Below are positions 40,385-51,640 of a stretch of DNA of 64,000 nucleotides, one piece after another. The DNA comes from an uncultured Chloroflexia bacterium. GTDB lineage: Bacteria; Chloroflexota; Limnocylindria; Limnocylindrales; CSP1-4. The notes under the pieces were generated by a model. It searched no databases, had not been told where the DNA came from, and was given only the letters and a program-made list of their open reading frames with translations. Numbering within the stretch: position 1 is the first letter of the stretch; each line of letters begins with the position of its first letter. The stretch spans positions 1-64,000 of the forward strand of contig CAWHDR010000005.1 in the NCBI GenBank assembly GCA_963828165.1, read 5' to 3'. A program made the translations under genes and the position numbers.

Positions 40385-41526
40385 GTCCGACACCCGTCAC
40401 GTTCACGTCGCCGACCGCACCCGCCTCGTACAGTTGGGAGGCGACGGACGAGGAGGTCTCGGCGCGCTACGGTGTGCCGATCGAGCGCGTGGTCCGTTTC
40501 GACCTGAACACGTCCCCGGCGCCGCCGGACCTGGCTGCACGCGTGCTGGCGGGGGGCCGGTTCGAGACACCCCTGTCCGAGTACGCCCCATCCGATTATC
40601 GGAGGCTCATCGCGGCCGCCGCCGACCGCTACGGCGTGGGGACCGACGAGATCATCGTCGGGGCGGGTGCCGATGAGATCCTCGACATCGTGGGCAAGGT
40701 CTACCTGCCACCTGGGAGTACCGCGGTCGTCCCGACCCCGAGCTACGCGATGTACCGCGTGATCACCGAGCAGCGCGGCGCCACGGTCGACGCCGTGCCA
40801 CGGCTCAGCGCCGCCGAGGGCTACGCCATGGACGTTTCGGCGGTCCGCGCGGCCGCGCGGACGGCCTCCGTCGTGTGGCTGTGCAGCCCCAACAACCCGA
40901 CCGCGCTGCCGGAACCCGACGGCGCGATCGACACCCTCCTCGCCGGTCTCGCGGAGGACGCCGCCAGCGATGCTCGCGAGCCGGCCATCGTCGTGCTCGA
41001 CGAGGCCTACGCCGAGTTCGTCGATCGATCGCTCGTCGGCCTGCGTGAGCGTCACTCGAACCTGATCGTCGCGCGTACCGCGAGCAAGGCCTACGGCCTC
41101 GCTGGATTGCGCGTCGGGTTCGGCATCGCGCGGCCCGAGGTCATCGCGCGGCTGAACCCGTTCCGACCGCCAGGCTCGGTGTCGACGGTCTCGGTGACCG
41201 TCGTGACGGAGGCCCTGCTCGATCCGACGGCGGCGGCGGCCAACATCGCGCGGGTCGTCGCCGAGCGCGAGCGGCTGCGCGCGGCGCTGTCGGCGCTGGG
41301 CTGGTCCGTGGGCCCTTCCGTCACCAACTTCGTGCTCGCGGACCTCGGGTCGACCGACCGGGCCGCCGCCGTCGCCGAGGGCCTCCTGCGCAAGGGGCTC
41401 GTGCCACGCACCTTCCCGGCCGGCCACCCGCTGGCGGACCACCTCCGGCTCACCGTGCGCGCCCCCGGCGAGAACGACCGGCTGATCGAGGCGGCCCGTG
41501 GCCTGGCCGAGGAGGCCACCGCATGA
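40381..41526 (+). CDS. hisC: Histidinol-phosphate aminotransferase
   Basis: FDLNTSP, GADE, CSPNNPT, LDEAY, RTASKAYGLAGLRVG. Confidence 0.93.
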   Translation: MSPTPVTFTSPTAPASYSWEATDEEVSARYGVPIERVVRFDLNTSPAPPDLAARVLAGGRFETPLSEYAPSDYRRLIAAAADRYGVGTDEIIVGAGADEILDIVGKVYLPPGSTAVVPTPSYAMYRVITEQRGATVDAVPRLSAAEGYAMDVSAVRAAARTASVVWLCSPNNPTALPEPDGAIDTLLAGLAEDAASDAREPAIVVLDEAYAEFVDRSLVGLRERHSNLIVARTASKAYGLAGLRVGFGIARPEVIARLNPFRPPGSVSTVSVTVVTEALLDPTAAAANIARVVAERERLRAALSALGWSVGPSVTNFVLADLGSTDRAAAVAEGLLRKGLVPRTFPAGHPLADHLRLTVRAPGENDRLIEAARGLAEEATA

Positions 41527-42149
41527 CGACCCCGGCCGGCGAGTACACGATCGGAGCCCGAGACGGCCGCCGCGTGTCGGTCGCGCGGACCACCCGCGAG
41601 ACTGACGTGACCGTCACGCTCGGCCTCGACGGCGCCGGCCACACCTCGATCGCCACGGGCATCGGCTTCTACGACCATCTCCTGGGGTCCTTCGGCCACC
41701 ACGGCCTGTTCGACCTGGCGATCACGGCCGACGGCGACCTGCAGGTCGACGAGCACCACACCGTCGAGGACGTGGCGCTGGTGCTCGGCGTCGCGTTCGC
41801 CGAGGCGCTGGGCGACCGCGCCGGGATCCAGCGATTCGGCCAGGCGAGCGTGCCCATGGACGAGGCGCTCGCCACGGCCGTCGTCGATGTCGGGGGCCGG
41901 CCGTACGCGGTCATCGACCTCCCCTTCCGTGGCGAACGGGTCGGGGCGCTGCCGCTCCAGCTCATCGAGCACGCCCTCGAAGCGTTCGCCGCGCGGTCCG
42001 GCACGACGCTGCATCTGCGTGGCAGCGGCCGGAACGACCATCACCTGGCCGAAGCGGCGTTCAAGTCGCTCGCGCGCGCCCTGCGCGCCGCGTGCGAGCC
42101 AGATCCACGGCGGAACGGCGTCGCCTCGACGAAGGGCACACTCGGATGA
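41523..42149 (+). CDS. hisB: Imidazoleglycerol-phosphate dehydratase
   Basis: RTTRET, DEHHTVED, PMDE, NDHHLAEA, STKG. Confidence 0.96.
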   Translation: MTTPAGEYTIGARDGRRVSVARTTRETDVTVTLGLDGAGHTSIATGIGFYDHLLGSFGHHGLFDLAITADGDLQVDEHHTVEDVALVLGVAFAEALGDRAGIQRFGQASVPMDEALATAVVDVGGRPYAVIDLPFRGERVGALPLQLIEHALEAFAARSGTTLHLRGSGRNDHHLAEAAFKSLARALRAACEPDPRRNGVASTKGTLG

Positions 42150-42811
42150 ACGACGAACGGCACGCGCCCAGGATCGCCGTCGTCGACTACGGGGCCGGCA
42201 ACCTCGTGAGCATCGAGCAGGCGCTGACGACCGTCGGGGCGTCCGTGACGGTGGCACGGGACGGCGAGGCGTTTCGCGACGCCGACGCCGTCGTCGTGCC
42301 CGGGGTGGGCGCGGCCGGACCGGCGATGACGCGCCTGGAGGTTCGCGGCCTCGTTGACCCCATCCGTGCCTGGATCGCCGCCGATCGGCCGTTCCTCGGG
42401 ATCTGCCTGGGCCTGCAGCTGCTGTTCGACGGGAGCGACGAGGACGGCGCCACGACCCTCGGCGTGCTGCCGGGTCGAACCGCGCGGCTCCTCGATGCCC
42501 CGACGCTACCGCACATCGGCTGGAACCAGGTGGTCAGGGTCCGGGAGCATCCGCTGTTCGATGGGATCGAGGACGGCGCGGACCTGTACTTCGTCCACTC
42601 GTACGCGGGCGTACCCGCGGTCGGGGCCGACGATGCGGTCCTGGCCCGGACCGAACACGGACGTCCCTTCGTGTCGGCCGTCGCGCGCGGCCGGCTCCTC
42701 GGAGTCCAGTTCCACCCGGAACGAAGCGGCACCGACGGGCTGCGGCTCCTGGAGAACTTCGTGGGGCTCGTGGGGGCCCTGACGGCTGCACCGGCCGGGG
42801 CGGCCACCTGA
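42146..42811 (+). CDS. hisH: IGP synthase glutaminase subunit
   Basis: DYGAGN, PGVG, GICLGLQ, PHIGWN, YFVHSY, QFHPE. Confidence 0.96.
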   Translation: MNDERHAPRIAVVDYGAGNLVSIEQALTTVGASVTVARDGEAFRDADAVVVPGVGAAGPAMTRLEVRGLVDPIRAWIAADRPFLGICLGLQLLFDGSDEDGATTLGVLPGRTARLLDAPTLPHIGWNQVVRVREHPLFDGIEDGADLYFVHSYAGVPAVGADDAVLARTEHGRPFVSAVARGRLLGVQFHPERSGTDGLRLLENFVGLVGALTAAPAGAAT

Positions 42812-43602
42812 TGCTGCGCCGCCGCGTCATCCCATGTCTGGACGTCGCCGACGGCCGGGTGGTCAAGGGCACCCGCTTCGTCGATCTCGTGGACGAGGGG
42901 GACCCGCCGGAGCTTGCCGAACGCTACGCGCGCGAAGGGGCGGACGAGCTCGTCTTCCTTGATATCTCGGCCGCACCGGAGCGGCGCGGCACGCTCCTGG
43001 ACATCGTGGAGCGGACGGCGCGCCGGGCGTTCATCCCCCTGACGGTCGGTGGTGGGGTGCGCACCGTCGAGGAGATGCGCGACGTGCTTCGCGCCGGTGC
43101 CGACAAGGTCTCGCTCAACACCGCGGCCGTCGCCGACCCGACACTGATCGCGCGGTGTGCGGCCCGCTTCGGGAGCCAGGCGGTCGTCGTGGCCATCGAT
43201 GCGCGTCGGCGGCTGCGCGGCGACATGGCGGACGTCGCCTGGGACGTCGTCATCAAGGGCGGCCGCGAATCCACCGATCTCGAAGCGGTGGCCTGGGCGG
43301 AGCGGGTCGTCCAGCTCGGGGCCGGCGAGCTCCTGGTCACGTCGATCGATCGCGATGGAACAGGCACGGGCTTCGATACCGAACTGCTCCGCGCGATCGC
43401 GACGCGCGTCGGGGTTCCGGTCATCGCCTCTGGCGGTGCCGCTGGCCCCGCCGATTTCGTCGCCGCGGTCCGCGACGGCGGGGCGGACGCCGTTCTTGCC
43501 GCCTCGATCTTCCACCGCCGGATCCACTCGATCGCCGCGGTCAAGGCGGCGATGGCGCAGGCGGGGCTGCCAGTTCGCCTCGTGCCGGAGGTGGCTGCGT
43601 GA
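42811..43602 (+). CDS. hisF: IGP synthase cyclase subunit
   Basis: [34 protein letters not shown]. Confidence 0.97.
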   Translation: MLRRRVIPCLDVADGRVVKGTRFVDLVDEGDPPELAERYAREGADELVFLDISAAPERRGTLLDIVERTARRAFIPLTVGGGVRTVEEMRDVLRAGADKVSLNTAAVADPTLIARCAARFGSQAVVVAIDARRRLRGDMADVAWDVVIKGGRESTDLEAVAWAERVVQLGAGELLVTSIDRDGTGTGFDTELLRAIATRVGVPVIASGGAAGPADFVAAVRDGGADAVLAASIFHRRIHSIAAVKAAMAQAGLPVRLVPEVAA

Positions 43603-44294
43603 GCGAGGTCGCCACAGCCGCCGCAGCCGCCGCGTCCATCGCACCGGCGAACGCTCCCGCGCCCGACGTGCGCTTCGGCCCCGACGGGCTCGTGCCCGCG
43701 ATCGTGCAGGACGCCGCCGACGGCCGGGTCCTCATGCTCGCCTGGATGGACGCCGAAGCCCTGGCCGCCACCGTCGAGACCGGCGACGTCCACTTTCACT
43801 CGCGCTCGCGCGGCCGACTCTGGCGCAAAGGCGAGACGAGCGGCAACGTCCTGCGGCTCGTCGACCTGGCCGTCGACTGCGACGGTGACGCGCTGCTCGT
43901 GACCGCCGACCCGGTGGGCCCGACCTGCCACCGGGATACGCGCTCGTGCTTCGATCCATCCGATGCGCCCGCCGAGCGCACCACGCAGGGGTTCGGGTGG
44001 CTCGAAACGCTGTGGTCCACCATCGCCTCACGCGCCGAGGAGCGCCCATCGGGGTCCTACACGACCAGCCTGCTCGACGGCGGCGTCGACGCGGTCGGTC
44101 GCAAGGTCACCGAGGAGGCCACCGAATTGCTGCTCGCAGCAAAGGACGATGCCACGGCCTCGTCGGATGCCACCAGGGCGGCATTGACCGGGGAGGCGGC
44201 GGATCTCCTCTACCACGCCCTCGTCCTGCTGGCCGAGCGCGGCGTCCCGCCGTCCGGCGTGCTCGCAACCCTGCGGAGCCGCCACGCGGAGTGA
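43599..44294 (+). CDS. hisIE: Bifunctional PR-AMP cyclohydrolase / PR-ATP pyrophosphatase
   Basis: [40 protein letters not shown]. Confidence 0.95.
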   Translation: MSEVATAAAAAASIAPANAPAPDVRFGPDGLVPAIVQDAADGRVLMLAWMDAEALAATVETGDVHFHSRSRGRLWRKGETSGNVLRLVDLAVDCDGDALLVTADPVGPTCHRDTRSCFDPSDAPAERTTQGFGWLETLWSTIASRAEERPSGSYTTSLLDGGVDAVGRKVTEEATELLLAAKDDATASSDATRAALTGEAADLLYHALVLLAERGVPPSGVLATLRSRHAE

Positions 44295-44408
44295 GCCGGC
44301 GGGGCCACGGTCGACGTTGGCGCCACGACCGTTCCAACCGACGCCGGAACGCGCCACATCCCGGTGTTCCCGCGTCGATCGGGGACGTCGTCCGGGGGCG
44401 GAAGGCCG

Positions 44409-45707
44409 TTAGCCTGCCCGGCGACCGATCTCGCGGCGGCGCTTGCCGATCCGGACCTCGAGCCACTCCCCGGCGATGGGTTCCGGGACGAACGCCGGGT
44501 CCGACACCCGTGTCCCGTTGATCGTCACACCGCCGCCGGCGATCGTCCGGCGTGCCTCGCCACGCGACGGGAAGACGCCGGCCTCGGCCAGGAAGGCGGC
44601 CGTCCCCATCGCGAGCGACGCCGGATCGAATCGAAAGCCGCCGGTCGACTCGAACAGCGACCGGAGCACCTCGGGGTCGTCGATCGGCCCGGACGAGAAC
44701 ATCGACTCGGAATCGCGGATCGCCTCGGCCGCGGCCGCCTCCCCGTGCGTTCGCGCCGTGATGTCGCGGGCGAGCGCCCGTTGCGCCGCGCGGGCATCCG
44801 GCCGAGCCCCGGATTCGGCCTCGAGCGCGTCGATCTCCTCGCGTCCGAGCTCGGTGAACCAGCGCAGGTACGTGCCGACATCGCGGTCGTCCGTGTTGAG
44901 CCAGTACTGGTAGAAGGCGTATGGCGTGGTCCGGCTCGGATCCAGCCACACCGAATCCCCGACGTCGCTCTTGCCGAACTTCGACCCTGATGGCGTCAGC
45001 AGGAGGTTGTAGGCCAGCCCATGCGCCGGATGGGCCTCCTCCCCGGCTCCGCTGGTCCGGCGGATCAGCTCCAGGCCGGCCGTGATGTTGCCCCACTGGT
45101 CGGCGCCGCCCATCTGCAGCTCGACGCCCAGCTCCCGATACAGGTGGGCGAAGTCGTAGGCCTGCAGCAGCATGTAGCTGAACTCGGTGAACGACAGCCC
45201 ACGCTCCAGACGCACCTGGACCGAGTCCTTCGCGAGCATGTACGGGATCGTGAAGTGCTTGCCCGTGTCGCGCAGGAAGTCGATCAGCGACAGGGAGCCA
45301 AGCCAATCGAGGTTGTTCACCATGCGGGCCGCGCCGGCGCCGGGCGAAAAGTCCAGGAACCGCTCCAGCTGCGCACGGATGGCGGCGAGGTTGCTTCCCA
45401 GCGTCTCGGTGTCGAGCAGGTTGCGTTCCGAGGACCGCCCGGACGGGTCTCCGATCATCCCGGTCCCGCCCCCGACGACCGCCACGGGCCGTCCCCCATG
45501 ACGCTGCAGCCGGAGCAGCCCGAAGATCGGGACCAGGTGCCCGACGTGCAGCGAATCGAAGGTCGGATCGAAGCCGATGTACCCGCTGATCGGCTCGCCC
45601 GACCCGAGGCGTGCGGGCAGCCCTGGCGTCGTGGCGTGCAGGATGCCTCGCCACTCGAGCTCCTCGAGCAGGCCCGAACCCGCGCCCGAGGGGCCCTCCG
45701 CCGTCAC
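44409..45707 (-). CDS. tyrS: Tyrosine--tRNA ligase
   Basis: GFDPT..HVGH, QMGGADQWGN, KFGKS, C-terminal S4-like domain. Confidence 0.97.
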   Translation of the reverse strand: MTAEGPSGAGSGLLEELEWRGILHATTPGLPARLGSGEPISGYIGFDPTFDSLHVGHLVPIFGLLRLQRHGGRPVAVVGGGTGMIGDPSGRSSERNLLDTETLGSNLAAIRAQLERFLDFSPGAGAARMVNNLDWLGSLSLIDFLRDTGKHFTIPYMLAKDSVQVRLERGLSFTEFSYMLLQAYDFAHLYRELGVELQMGGADQWGNITAGLELIRRTSGAGEEAHPAHGLAYNLLLTPSGSKFGKSDVGDSVWLDPSRTTPYAFYQYWLNTDDRDVGTYLRWFTELGREEIDALEAESGARPDARAAQRALARDITARTHGEAAAAEAIRDSESMFSSGPIDDPEVLRSLFESTGGFRFDPASLAMGTAAFLAEAGVFPSRGEARRTIAGGGVTINGTRVSDPAFVPEPIAGEWLEVRIGKRRREIGRRAG

Positions 45708-45790
45708 AGCGCGAGGCTCCAGGGCGTCCCTGAGCGGTGAGCCAAGTACGAACGTCCGTTCACGGACCCTATGCTATCGTGCGGACTTAG

Positions 45791-48532
45791 ATGCAGACCA
45801 CCCGTGCGCGGCGGCAGCGTCACAGACGCGCCCAGGGTCGCCGGCCCGTCAAGCGCGGGTCCGCCCTCCGTCGCATCCTCATCGCCATCCCGATCATCAT
45901 CCTCCTCGTCGGCGTGCTGCTGGCCGGGGCGGGTGCGTTGTTCACGGTGGCCGCGTACAACTACTACGCGGCGGGCCTGCCGGACCCCGAGGAAGCCCTC
46001 ACCGACCTCGACTTCGAGCAGCAGACGATCGTCTCCGACCGAACGGGCAAAGTCGAGCTCGCGCGCCTGGGCACCCTGCGCCGAGAGCTCGTCGAATTCG
46101 ACGAGATCCCGCGCGAGATGCTCGATGCGACGACCGCGATCGAGGACAAGGACTTCTGGATCAACGCCGGCTTCGACCCGCTCGGCATCATCAGCGCAGG
46201 GCTCGACACGATCTCCGGTCGACCGCGCGGTGCCTCGACCATCACCCAGCAGCTCGTCCGCAACCGGCTCCTGCCCGCGGAGGCCTTCGCGGACTCCACG
46301 TACGAGCGCAAGGTCCGCGAGATCATCCAGTCGATCCGCCTGACCGAAGCGTATCCGGGCGACACCGGCAAGCAGGAGATCATCACCGCGTACCTCAACA
46401 ACAACTTCTACGGCAACTCGACGTACGGGGTGAAGGCCGCGGCGAAGGGCTACTTCGGCAAGAAGCTCGAGGACCTGACCCTCGCCCAATACGCGATCCT
46501 GGCCGCCATCCCGCAGTCGCCGACCAGGTTCGACCTCGTGCGCAACGCGGAGGAGGTCTGCCTCGACGAGGTCGAGGAGGGTGCCGAGGCCGCCGCGGAC
46601 GCCGAAACGGTGGACTGCAAAGAGGTCCAGCTCGTCGTGCCCGACACGAGCGAGATCGTCCAGCGCCGCAACTACGTCCTGGACCTGATGCGCACGCGCA
46701 GCCCGTTGACCGGCACGAAGCACCGGCCGGCCGAGTACGAGGCCGCCAAGCTCGAGCCGGTCGTGATCGCGAAGCAGATCTCCGCCACCTGGCGGGCGCC
46801 CCATTTCGTGTGGCAGGTTCGCGAAGCTCTCTCCGCCATCGTGTGCCCGGAAAACCCCACCGATTGCACCAAGGTCGACACGGGCGGATATCGCGTCACG
46901 ACGAGCCTCGATTGGGACATGCAGAAGATCACGGAGAAATGGGTCTACGTCGGGTCCAGAGCGCCGCAATCCAAGAACACCCGCAAGATCCTCGATCAGA
47001 AGAAGATCCCCAATCGGGAGCGGGGCTGGATCATGAACCTCAAGGGCCGCAACCTCCACAACGCGGCGGCCGCCGTGATCGACTACCGCACCGGTGAGGT
47101 CCTCTCGTACGCCGGCAGCGCGAGCTACACGTCCAAGGGCACCAAGAAGTTCCAGCCACAGTTCGACGTGCTGAGCGACGGCTGGCGGCAGCCCGGATCA
47201 TCGATCAAGCCGATCGACTACGCCATCGGCATCGAGGACGAGGTCCTGACGGCCAGCACGATGTTCATGGACGTCGTGACCGACTTCGGCGGGAAGTTCA
47301 CCCCGACCCAGGCCGACAAGCTCGAGCGCGGACCCGTCCGCCTGCGCAGCGCCCTGCAGTTCTCCCTCAACATCCCCGCCATCAAGGCCACGATCATGCA
47401 GGGCCTCGATCACACCTACGAGCGGACCCAGGACTTCGGGCTGTCCTACCCGGACACGGCGACCCCGGTCCTCTCGATGGGCATCGGGACGCTGGAAACC
47501 CACCCGATCGACATGCTCAGTGCCTACGGCACGATCGCCAACGGCGGCGTCCGGATGCCACGCCAGATGATCATGAAGGTGGTCGACGAGGACGGGAAGC
47601 AGATCTGGCCGCTCGACGACCAGAAGCCCGAGGGCGTCGAGGTCATCAGCCCGCAGGCCGCCTACATCATCACGGACATCCTCGCCGGCAACACCCAGAC
47701 GAAGACCAACCCGTACTGGGGCGAGTTCGCCATCTACCGCAAGGGCGTTCGCCGACCCGCCGCCTACAAGACGGGCACCACCTCCGATAACCGCGACGTG
47801 CATGCCTATGGCTACCTGGCGCCCCCCAAGGACCCTGACCGGCCGGCGCTGGCGGCAGGCGTCTGGATGGGCAACAGCAACAACGAGCCGAACAAGGGCA
47901 GCCTCTCGCTCGATTCGTCGGCGCCGTTGTGGTCCGCGCTCCTGGAGGAAGTGAGCGCGAAATACGGCGTCTCCTCGTTCAAGGCGCCCGGTGGTCTTCA
48001 GACTGCGACCGTGGACGCCTTCACGGGCCTCAAACCCGGTCCGTTCACGAAGAAGACCGTCAAGGAGCTGTTCCTGAAGGGCACCGTCCCGACCGAGCGC
48101 GAGACCATCCGCGTCTCCCTCGCGGTCGATGACGCATCGGGCCTGCTGTGGCGGGACGGCTGCGTCGGGCCGAAGGTGCAGCGCGGCTTCTTCGATCTTC
48201 GCGAGGTGGAGAGCAACTATCCGGCCTGGCAGAAGGCCAACCGCAACTGGGCCTCGCGCGCAGCCCAGGGACCCGGCCGTCGCGGGGGCCCCGAGGGAAC
48301 CAGGACGTCCTACTTCTACAACAGCGGGTTCCGTCCGTTCGGCAGCTCGTGGGGGGCGCCGTTCGCCCCGCGCACCAAGTGCCCACTGGCGCCGCCGCCG
48401 GATCCGATCTGCGATCCGCTGGTGAGCCCGGCACCCAGCGTCCCGTGCATCCCGGCCCCGACCGATGACGAGGATGACGGCGGAGGCGGCAACAAACCGC
48501 CGAAGAAGACCCCGAAGCCGCCGGGAGGCTGA
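45791..48532 (+). CDS. Class A penicillin-binding protein (transglycosylase-transpeptidase)
   Basis: AIEDKDF, GASTITQQ, RKVRE, QPGSSIKP (SxxK), SLN, KTGT. Confidence 0.95.
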   Translation: MQTTRARRQRHRRAQGRRPVKRGSALRRILIAIPIIILLVGVLLAGAGALFTVAAYNYYAAGLPDPEEALTDLDFEQQTIVSDRTGKVELARLGTLRRELVEFDEIPREMLDATTAIEDKDFWINAGFDPLGIISAGLDTISGRPRGASTITQQLVRNRLLPAEAFADSTYERKVREIIQSIRLTEAYPGDTGKQEIITAYLNNNFYGNSTYGVKAAAKGYFGKKLEDLTLAQYAILAAIPQSPTRFDLVRNAEEVCLDEVEEGAEAAADAETVDCKEVQLVVPDTSEIVQRRNYVLDLMRTRSPLTGTKHRPAEYEAAKLEPVVIAKQISATWRAPHFVWQVREALSAIVCPENPTDCTKVDTGGYRVTTSLDWDMQKITEKWVYVGSRAPQSKNTRKILDQKKIPNRERGWIMNLKGRNLHNAAAAVIDYRTGEVLSYAGSASYTSKGTKKFQPQFDVLSDGWRQPGSSIKPIDYAIGIEDEVLTASTMFMDVVTDFGGKFTPTQADKLERGPVRLRSALQFSLNIPAIKATIMQGLDHTYERTQDFGLSYPDTATPVLSMGIGTLETHPIDMLSAYGTIANGGVRMPRQMIMKVVDEDGKQIWPLDDQKPEGVEVISPQAAYIITDILAGNTQTKTNPYWGEFAIYRKGVRRPAAYKTGTTSDNRDVHAYGYLAPPKDPDRPALAAGVWMGNSNNEPNKGSLSLDSSAPLWSALLEEVSAKYGVSSFKAPGGLQTATVDAFTGLKPGPFTKKTVKELFLKGTVPTERETIRVSLAVDDASGLLWRDGCVGPKVQRGFFDLREVESNYPAWQKANRNWASRAAQGPGRRGGPEGTRTSYFYNSGFRPFGSSWGAPFAPRTKCPLAPPPDPICDPLVSPAPSVPCIPAPTDDEDDGGGGNKPPKKTPKPPGG

Positions 48533-48547
48533 CGCCGACGAGCCTCG

Positions 48548-50903
48548 TCAGAGGCTGACGATCGTCGCCCCGTCTCCACCTTCACCGCGCTCCCCGGGGC
48601 GCGCGGAGCGCACCAATGGATGCGTCGCCACGGCCTCGCGGACCGCGTCGCGCAATGCCCCCGTGCCCATCCCGTGGACGACGGTGACCGCACCGAGTCC
48701 GGCCAGACTGGCGTCGTCGAGGTAGCGACCCAGCGCTTCGAGCGCCTCCTCGACACGGGCCCCGCGCAGGTCCAACGACGATGCCACGCTGCGGGCGCGA
48801 TCGAGCCGCAGGGCCGTCGCGTTCGTGCTGCCGGCGCCACCGGCAGTCTCGAGCGCAGGCGACGGCCGGCCGAGAGCCGGTTCGAGGTCGTCGAGGTCCA
48901 CCAGGACGCGCATCCCGCCGGCCTCCAGCGTCGCGCGCAGGCCACCCTTGTCCATCGCCGCGATGCGGCCTTCCCAGCCGCCCGAGCGGCTGCGTGCCCG
49001 GTCACCGACCTGCCACTGCCTGGGGTCTGATGGCGGCGGACCCGGTTCCGCCACGTCATTCACGGCCGGGAGCCGCGCGGCGATGGCCTCCGCTCGGTTG
49101 ACCGCCGCGTCCAGCGTGTCGGCGGTGACCGTCTCCCGCTCGAGGGCCCGACGCGTCTCCGCGAGCTCTGCCCGCAGGTCCTCCACCACGCGATCGGCTT
49201 CCAGGCGGGCCGCGCGAACGTGCTCGTCACGTTCGCTGCGGGCCTTGCGGCGCTCCTCTGCGGCCGTTCTCAGCGCGTCGGCGGCGCGAGCCTCCGCTGC
49301 GAGGGCCCGGTCGAGCGCCTCGCTCGTCTCGCCCTCGGTTGCCTTGATCGCGGCGAGGGTCGCCTCGAATGAGCGCTGCGCCTCGGTCAGTCGCGATCGG
49401 GCGTCGTCGACGATCGCTTCGGGAAGCCCCAGGCGCTCGGCGATGGCGAACGCCTGGCTGCCACCGGGCAGGCCGATCGTGAGGCGATAGGTCGGCGACA
49501 GCGTCTCGATGTCGAACTCGACGGCGGCGTTGCTCGCTCCGGGTGTCGTGTGAGCGTAGGCCTTCAGCTCGGCGTAGTGGGTCGTGGCCGCGACGACGGC
49601 CCCGGCCCGGATGAAGTGGTCAAGCAGCGCCTGGGCCAGGGCCGAGCCCTCGGTCGGATCCGTGCCCGCACCGAGCTCGTCGAGCAGGACGAGCGTGCCC
49701 CGACCGGCCTCGGCGACGATGCTCGTGATGCGGCGAAGATGGCCCGAGAACGTCGAGAGGGATTGCGCCACGGACTGCTCGTCACCGATGTCGGCGAAGA
49801 CGTCGCGCCAGACCGGCAGACGGCTCCCGGCCGCTGCCGGGATGTGCAGCCCGGACTGGTGCATGAGGCTGAGCAGCCCGAGCGTTCGCAGGGTCACGGT
49901 CTTGCCGCCCGTGTTGGGGCCGGTCACGACGAGCGCGGTGTAGCCGTCGCCGATCCGGATGTCGATCGGGACGACGGTGCCGGTGAGGCCCGGATGGCGC
50001 GCCGAGAGCAGGATCACCTCGGGTCGATCTGCTGTCTCCGCGCGTGTTCCATCCATGTCGGCACCGAGACTCGCCTTGGCCGCCCACAGGTCGAACCGGG
50101 CGAGCGCGTCGAGGGTCTCGCGCAGCGCTGCGGCATTTGCCCCGACGAGCGCCGACAGCTCGTCGAGGATCCGGGCGATCTCGTCCCCCTCGGCGAGCTG
50201 AGCCTCCCGCCACGCATTCCCGAGCTCGACCGCGACGAGCGGCTCGATGAACAGCGTCTGGCCGCTGCCCGAGGCGTCGTGGACGATGCCCTTGACCCTG
50301 GAACGGGCCTCGGCCTTGACCGGCACCACGTAGCGGCCGTTGCGCAACGTCACGATCGGTTCCTGCAGGGCGTTCCCGAGCTCGGCGCCGACGAGGGCGT
50401 CCAGACGGCGGCGCAGCCGGTCGTACGCCACCCTGACCGCGGCGCGCAAGCCCCCGAGCCGCGGCGAGGCCGTGTCGAGCATCTCGCCGACCGGGTCGAA
50501 GCTGCGCGCGAGCGTGCTCCGGATCGCCGGCAGGGCATGCAGCTCGCCGACCGAGGTCGCGCAGCAGCGATCGCCGCTCGTCGGCCAGGGACGTCGCAAG
50601 CCGCGCGGTCGCATCGAGCGTCTCGGCGAGCTCGAGGAACTGGGCGGCGTCGAGGCGACCGCCCCGGGCCGCTCGTTCGATCGAGGGGCCGATGTCGTGG
50701 GCCGCCCCGACCCCCACCCCAGGTCGATCTTCGATGAGCGATCGGGCCTGGTCGGTCTCGTCGAGCCGGCGGGCGACGATGACGGGGTCGGACGCCGGCT
50801 CGAGAGCTTCTGCGAGCCGGCGCGACGGAGGGAACGACGTGGCCGCCGCGAGCCGCTCGCGGACGAGCGGGAACTCGAGGAGCGCCTGCGAGCGTGCGTC
50901 CAT
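48548..50903 (-). CDS. mutS2: Endonuclease MutS2, indel near 50555
   Basis: MDARSQALLEF, GPNTGGKT, DIGDEQS, DELGAGTDP, Smr domain LDLRG..HGMGTG. Confidence 0.95.
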
Positions 50904-51640
50904 CAGCCGCGCGGGCGACCGACGGCCGGGTGGCCGCCATGCCGCCACGCCGAGGCCGGCCCGGAGACGGAGCGGTGACCCGCGATGGCGAACCGCCACG
51001 GACGCGCCGCCCAGGCCTCCCCGGCATAGGCGACCCCCACGCGGGTACCGATGGCGACCTGGTCCGGCGTGACGACGGCTGGGTCTTCCGGTGAACCAGC
51101 GTCCGACTCGAGGCGGAGCGGGCTGAACGGATCGCACAGGTCGGTCCCGGTCCACGTGGTGTCCATGCCGAAGGCGGCCCCCACGAGCCCAGGGCCGCTC
51201 GCCAGGCGATGATCGGGGGTCCGTTCCAGGCGCTGCCGCGCGGCCACGGCCCCAGCGTCGGTCCGACCAGCGCGCCGGCGACGATCCCAGGCCAGGCGAT
51301 CGGCCCGCATGCGCTCGATGCCGGCCAGCGGTTCGACGGCGCGAATGAGCACCGCAGACGGCCGGCCCGTCGGCTCGGTGACCACGTTCAGGCAGTCGTA
51401 CATCCCGTAGACAAGGTACACGTAGGCGAATCCCGGTGGCCCGGCCATGACCCGGTTGCGGACCGTCGACGCAAAACGGGCATGGGAGGCGAGGTCCTCA
51501 GGACCCCCATACGCCTCGACTTCGACGATCCGCGCTTCGCGCCGCCCGGTGGGGTCATCGCGAACCAGCCGCGCGCCGAGCAGCCCTGGGGCGACCTCCT
51601 CGGGCGGGCGGGCCAGCTTCCCTCGATCGACGACGGTCAG
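50903..51640 (-). CDS. DNA-3-methyladenine glycosylase (MPG family)
   Basis: IVEVEAY..DLASHA, YVYLVYGMY, AVLIRAVEP, SGPG, RVGV; start approximate. Confidence 0.92.
   Translation of the reverse strand: MTVVDRGKLARPPEEVAPGLLGARLVRDDPTGRREARIVEVEAYGGPEDLASHARFASTVRNRVMAGPPGFAYVYLVYGMYDCLNVVTEPTGRPSAVLIRAVEPLAGIERMRADRLAWDRRRRAGRTDAGAVAARQRLERTPDHRLASGPGLVGAAFGMDTTWTGTDLCDPFSPLRLESDAGSPEDPAVVTPDQVAIGTRVGVAYAGEAWAARPWRFAIAGHRSVSGPASAWRHGGHPAVGRPRG

Noticed and set aside
38980-41526. Apparent 848-aa HisD-HisC fusion
   Set aside because: An indel near 40200 shifts the frame; the genuine HisD C-terminus is in another frame ending at 40384, overlapping the hisC ATG
44362-44395. GTGTTCCCGCGTCGATCGGGGAC resembling a type I-E CRISPR repeat
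   Set aside because: Single copy between convergent genes; more likely a terminator-like hairpin
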